Below, in pieces: positions 30,308 to 33,987 of a stretch of DNA of 33,987 bases. Origin of the DNA: an uncultured Collinsella sp. GTDB taxonomy: Bacteria > Actinomycetota > Coriobacteriia > Coriobacteriales > Coriobacteriaceae. Position 1 is the stretch's first letter. The number at the start of each line of letters is the position of its first letter. Both the position numbers and the translations under genes were made by a program. The DNA is taken from NCBI GenBank assembly GCA_902494545.1, contig CABUTP010000001.1, forward strand, positions 1 to 33,987, in the 5' to 3' direction. The notes under the pieces were generated by a model. That model saw nothing but the letters and a program-made list of their open reading frames with translations. It made no database searches and was not told the DNA's origin.

Positions 30308-32878
30308 ATGGCGGCATACGACAACCATGTGCTTCCGTTCTTGTGGCTCAAGGGCGAGGCGCACGAGACGATTACCGAATACTTGGAGCAGATTGCCGGT
30401 GCGGACATCCGCGAGGTCTGCCTCGAATCGCGCACGCATCCCGAGTTTTGTCGCGACGGCTGGTGGGCTGACCTGCGTTTTATCATTGGCGAGTGCAAGC
30501 GCCTGGGCCTGAAGATCTGGCTGCTCGATGATGCCCACTTTCCCACGGGCTACGCCAACGGCGCGCTTGCAGGCGAGGATGTAGACCCCGCGCTCAAGAA
30601 GACTGTGCTTAAGCATCACACGGTAACGGTCGTTGGGCCCCAGCCGTCCACGGTCATCAAGCTCGGCAATCTTATGGATCCCACGGAGCACTTTGTGGGC
30701 GCGGCGGGTTTTGACGCTGCCGGCGTGCCGCTCGACCTTGAGCTCGCCGTTGAGCAAACCGAGGGAGGCACTCCCGCCTGCCTGCGCTTTGACGCGCCCG
30801 CCGGTGTCACCACCCTCGAACTCTACGTCACCAGCCAAAAGACCGGCTTTCGCGATGAATACATCAACATGGTCGATGCCGATTCGTGTCGCATGCTCAT
30901 CAACGCCGTCTACGAACCCACGTTTGAGCATCTGGGCGACGAGTTCGGCAAGACCATTCTGGGGTTCTTTACCGATGAACCGGGCTTTATGAACGAGAAA
31001 GGTGCGACCCTCGAAGACGCTTCTACCAGCAGCTTTATCGGACGCGGCGACATGGCGCTGCCATGGTCGGACGAACTTGCGCGACGCCTGCACGAGGCAC
31101 TGGGCGCGAATTGGCTGAGTGAGCTCCGCGAGCTTTGGACGCGCGACCCCGCCGGCGCTCGGGTCCGCCACACCTACATGGACATCGCCACGCAACTCTA
31201 CCGTGCGTGCTTTGACGAGCAGATCGGTGACTGGTGCCGCGAGCGCGGCGTTATGCACATTGGCCATGTAATCGAGGACAAGAGCTGCCACGCACGCTTG
31301 GGCCAGGGCGCTGGGCACTACTTCCGCGCTGTCGCCGGTCAGGACATGGCGGGCATCGATGTGGTTATTAACCAGCTCGCCCCCGGCATCGACCACGGCC
31401 CTTACAGCTACTTCCATGGCACATGGAACATGGAGTTCTTTACCTACGCGCTTGCCAAACTGGGCTCTTCGGCCGCGCGCCTCGACCCCAAAAAGCAAGG
31501 GCGCTGCATGGCCGAGGTCTTTGGCGCCTTTGGCTGGCACGAGGGCTTGCGCGAGATGAAGTGGATTGCCGACCACATGCTCGTCCGCGGCGTCAATTGG
31601 TTTACGCCGCACGCGTTTAGCATGGCGCCCTTCCCCGATTGGGACTGCCCGCCGCACTTTTACGCGCACGGCAACAACCCGCAGTGGCCGCACTTTGGGC
31701 AGCTCATGAGCTATATGAACCGTACGGCAACGCTGCTTTCGGGAGGCTGTGCCACGCGCCCCGTCGCCATCCTGTACCATGCCGATGCCGAATGGGCCGG
31801 TAGCGCCATGCCTATCGAGCGCGTGGCGGCAGAGCTCACGCGCGCGCAGATCGACTTTGATTTTGTGCCCGCCGAGGCTTTTGAAGACAAGAGCCGCTAC
31901 GAGGTTTCGATTGCCGACGGATTACTTTGCGTTAACAACTGCCGCTACCAGTCATTTGTTATGCCCGGTGCTACGTTTATTGGCGCGGAGACGGCGCAGG
32001 CCGTAAGGCGCATGATTGATGCGGGAGTTATGGTCCTTGCCGTCGACGAGGTGCCGAGCGCGCTTTACGACGCGGACGTCCTGGTTGAACTGGGTGAACT
32101 TGCAGCGACTCAGCTTGCCGATATGGCGGGCGTGTTGGCGAGCGCTGGGCTGCAGACGGTTGTCACCGACACGCCCCAGCCCTGGTTGCGCGCGCTTCGT
32201 TACGAGCGCGCCGGCGAGACCTACGTTATGCTCGTCAACGAGCACCCACGCGAGCGCATCGACTGCACGGTTGCGCTTGCGACAGGCGAGCGCCTTTGCG
32301 GCACGCGGCTCGACCTGTTAAACGGTATCGAGCCCGTTGCGTTTGACGGTGCGTTGGAGCTCGCACCCTTCGAGAGCTGCTTCGTTGTTTTGGAAGCGAG
32401 CAGCGAGGATGCGCCCGGAGACGGCGCAATCGACGCTGATGCATCGCTCGACCTGCGCATCGAAGGCCCATGGACCGTTGCCCTCTCCCCTGCCGGCAGC
32501 AATGACGCCTTTGGTGAAGCGCAAGAGCTCGAGCACCTATGCGACCTTACAACCGATCTGTTCACCGGCACCTGCGGCACCTACCGATATCATGCGTCGT
32601 TTGAGCTGGCGAACGACCTTGCCGATGCCACAATCGACCTGGGAGATGTCTACGAAGTCGCGACACTTACGCTCGACGGACGCTCGCTCGGCACACGCAT
32701 CTGCCCGCCCTACCGTTTTGCCGCCGACGCACTTTCCGCTGGTGCGCATGAGCTCACGGTCGACGTCATCAACACGCTCGACCATGCGATCCCCGACATC
32801 TTCGCCCTCACCGAGCCCGTTGCCCCCAGCGGCATCCTCGGCCCCGTTACCCTTTGCAGACAAAACCTGCCAAAATAA
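30308..32878 (+). CDS. Large cytoplasmic glycoside hydrolase, GH106 (alpha-L-rhamnosidase)-like
   Basis: PFLWLKGE, WLLDD.HFPTG, GFFTDEP, EVFGAFGW, DHMLVRGVN..PHAF, and a C-terminal beta-sandwich ending SGILGPV. No signal peptide. The family assignment comes from recalled motifs only. Confidence 0.7.
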   Translation: MAAYDNHVLPFLWLKGEAHETITEYLEQIAGADIREVCLESRTHPEFCRDGWWADLRFIIGECKRLGLKIWLLDDAHFPTGYANGALAGEDVDPALKKTVLKHHTVTVVGPQPSTVIKLGNLMDPTEHFVGAAGFDAAGVPLDLELAVEQTEGGTPACLRFDAPAGVTTLELYVTSQKTGFRDEYINMVDADSCRMLINAVYEPTFEHLGDEFGKTILGFFTDEPGFMNEKGATLEDASTSSFIGRGDMALPWSDELARRLHEALGANWLSELRELWTRDPAGARVRHTYMDIATQLYRACFDEQIGDWCRERGVMHIGHVIEDKSCHARLGQGAGHYFRAVAGQDMAGIDVVINQLAPGIDHGPYSYFHGTWNMEFFTYALAKLGSSAARLDPKKQGRCMAEVFGAFGWHEGLREMKWIADHMLVRGVNWFTPHAFSMAPFPDWDCPPHFYAHGNNPQWPHFGQLMSYMNRTATLLSGGCATRPVAILYHADAEWAGSAMPIERVAAELTRAQIDFDFVPAEAFEDKSRYEVSIADGLLCVNNCRYQSFVMPGATFIGAETAQAVRRMIDAGVMVLAVDEVPSALYDADVLVELGELAATQLADMAGVLASAGLQTVVTDTPQPWLRALRYERAGETYVMLVNEHPRERIDCTVALATGERLCGTRLDLLNGIEPVAFDGALELAPFESCFVVLEASSEDAPGDGAIDADASLDLRIEGPWTVALSPAGSNDAFGEAQELEHLCDLTTDLFTGTCGTYRYHASFELANDLADATIDLGDVYEVATLTLDGRSLGTRICPPYRFAADALSAGAHELTVDVINTLDHAIPDIFALTEPVAPSGILGPVTLCRQNLPK

Positions 32879-32902
32879 ACCTGTCCCTTTTTTGGCAGGT
32901 TT
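32863..32902 (+). repeat. REP-like stem-loop overlapping the glycoside hydrolase stop codon
   Basis: AAACCTGCCAAAA-TAAACCTGTCCCTT-TTTTGGCAGGTTT, a 13-bp perfect stem. Confidence 0.85.
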
Positions 32903-32921
32903 GGCGAGTGTGGGAGTTCGC

Positions 32922-33776
32922 ATGGATATCAAACGCAAGATCACCGAGGCGCAAGGCCTCACCCCCACCGAGCAACAGCTCGGCATTGCAGCCCTTGCCA
33001 TCGGTAAGGACATCCGCGGGCTTTCGATTAAGGAATTTGCCGCGCGCACCAACGTTTCGGTCGCGAGCGTGCACCGTTTTTGCAAAAAGCTCGGCCTCGA
33101 GGGCTTCAAGGACCTCAAGGTCGAGCTTATTCGCTTGGCAACCGAGGCGGGAAACCGCCGCGACGTGGACATCAACTTTCCCTTCGATGCTACGTCCACT
33201 CCTGCGCAGGTTATGGAGCGCATGGAGGGACTCTACCAGACCACGCTGGCCGAAACGCAGGAGCTGCTCGACCCCACGCAGCTTGACCACGCCGCCAAGC
33301 TCATCGCGAACGCCCGACAGGTCGACATCTACACGGGCTCGCACAATCTCTATCCAGCGGGAATGTTCCGCGACCGCCTGCTCTCCGCCGGTAAAAGCGC
33401 GACGTGCCACGACGGTGTCGAGGCCCAGGTGCGAACGGCGCTCGCCTCGGGTCCCGACCATGCGGCAATCGTCATCTCCTACAGCGGCCTTGCCCCCAAC
33501 CTCAAGGACATCTTGCCGATCCTCAGCAGCCGGCATGTCCCGGTCATCGTCATCGGCACGCCTTATTGCGCGCGCCTGCACCCTGGTTTTGCCGCCTACC
33601 TTACGGTGAGTGACCACGAGAGCATGACGCATCGCATCACGCAGTTCGCGAGCCACATCGCCGTGCAATACGTACTCGATTCGCTCTACAGCAGCTACTT
33701 TGCCAAAGATTATGCCCGCTGCGCCGAATTCCTAGAGCGATCGTTTCCCTACACCCGCCTCCCGGGGCTTGAGTAG
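32922..33776 (+). CDS. RpiR/MurR-family transcriptional regulator (HTH plus SIS domain)
   Basis: LTPTEQQL, SIKEFA...VS.ASV.RFCKKLG.EGF.DLK, and SIS motif ISYSG. GGGAG RBS before ATG 32922. Confidence 0.93.
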   Translation: MDIKRKITEAQGLTPTEQQLGIAALAIGKDIRGLSIKEFAARTNVSVASVHRFCKKLGLEGFKDLKVELIRLATEAGNRRDVDINFPFDATSTPAQVMERMEGLYQTTLAETQELLDPTQLDHAAKLIANARQVDIYTGSHNLYPAGMFRDRLLSAGKSATCHDGVEAQVRTALASGPDHAAIVISYSGLAPNLKDILPILSSRHVPVIVIGTPYCARLHPGFAAYLTVSDHESMTHRITQFASHIAVQYVLDSLYSSYFAKDYARCAEFLERSFPYTRLPGLE

Positions 33777-33803
33777 TCATTTAAGAACGTCCCCAATGAC
33801 TAC
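33773..33803 (+). repeat. REP-like stem-loop overlapping the rpiR stop codon and heading element copy 2
   Basis: GTAGTCATT-TAAGAACGTCCCC-AATGACTAC, a 9-bp perfect stem with a ..GTCCCC loop. Confidence 0.75.
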
Positions 33804-33983
33804 TACGGCAACACCGATGTTTTGGCAACGCCAGCGAGCGGGCCGCATTTGAGACAAGGTGACGTGAAACGAAAGGGCGCTGACCTTCTGGTCGCGCCCT
33901 TTATGTTTAACGTCAGATTGTCCAAATGCGGCCCGCGCAGCGTCGGCCCGTTACGCGGTTTGGTAAAACCGCGTAACCCCTAC
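33791..33983. repeat. Structured non-coding repeat element, copy 2
   Basis: 99-nt hairpin at 33838-33936 with a GACC-TTCT-GGTC apex. Second hairpin GTTACGCGGTTT-GGTA-AAACCGCGTAAC at 33950-33977. May continue beyond the window end. Confidence 0.85.
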
Positions 33984-33987
33984 GGCC

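Noticed and set aside
32337..32921. Apparent 195-aa N-terminal extension of RpiR (479-aa ORF)
   Set aside because: It overlaps the hydrolase in another frame and runs through the REP-like repeat. The RBS and domain start support ATG 32922.

Overview
High-GC bacterial chromosomal window. Gene content and protein style suggest a Coriobacteriia gut anaerobe, probably Collinsella-like (inference, not verified). In order it carries: the dnaK-grpE-dnaJ-hspR heat-shock operon (hspR cut by the window edge); a small dicluster ferredoxin; a nadA-nadB-nadC-niaR NAD biosynthesis operon with a clear NiaR operator; a 2216-aa sortase-anchored surface protein with a 460-aa tandem duplication, divergent from a LytTR/GHKL two-component pair; a degenerate UDG-like protein; thioredoxin; a nickel/hydrogenase-maturation cluster (His-rich small protein, nikR, hypF, hypCDE); a HAD hydrolase; a lipoprotein; and a glycoside-utilisation locus (PTS EIIA, GH1, AraC, GH106-like, RpiR). 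The most striking unexplained signal is non-coding. Two ~190-bp elements (25886-26080 and 33791-33983) share spacing, short motifs and a ~100-nt bulged hairpin plus a 28-nt hairpin, while their stem sequences have changed in a fully compensatory way. They are linked to a family of short REP-like stem-loops carrying a conserved ..GTCCC motif, found at several intergenic sites in the window.
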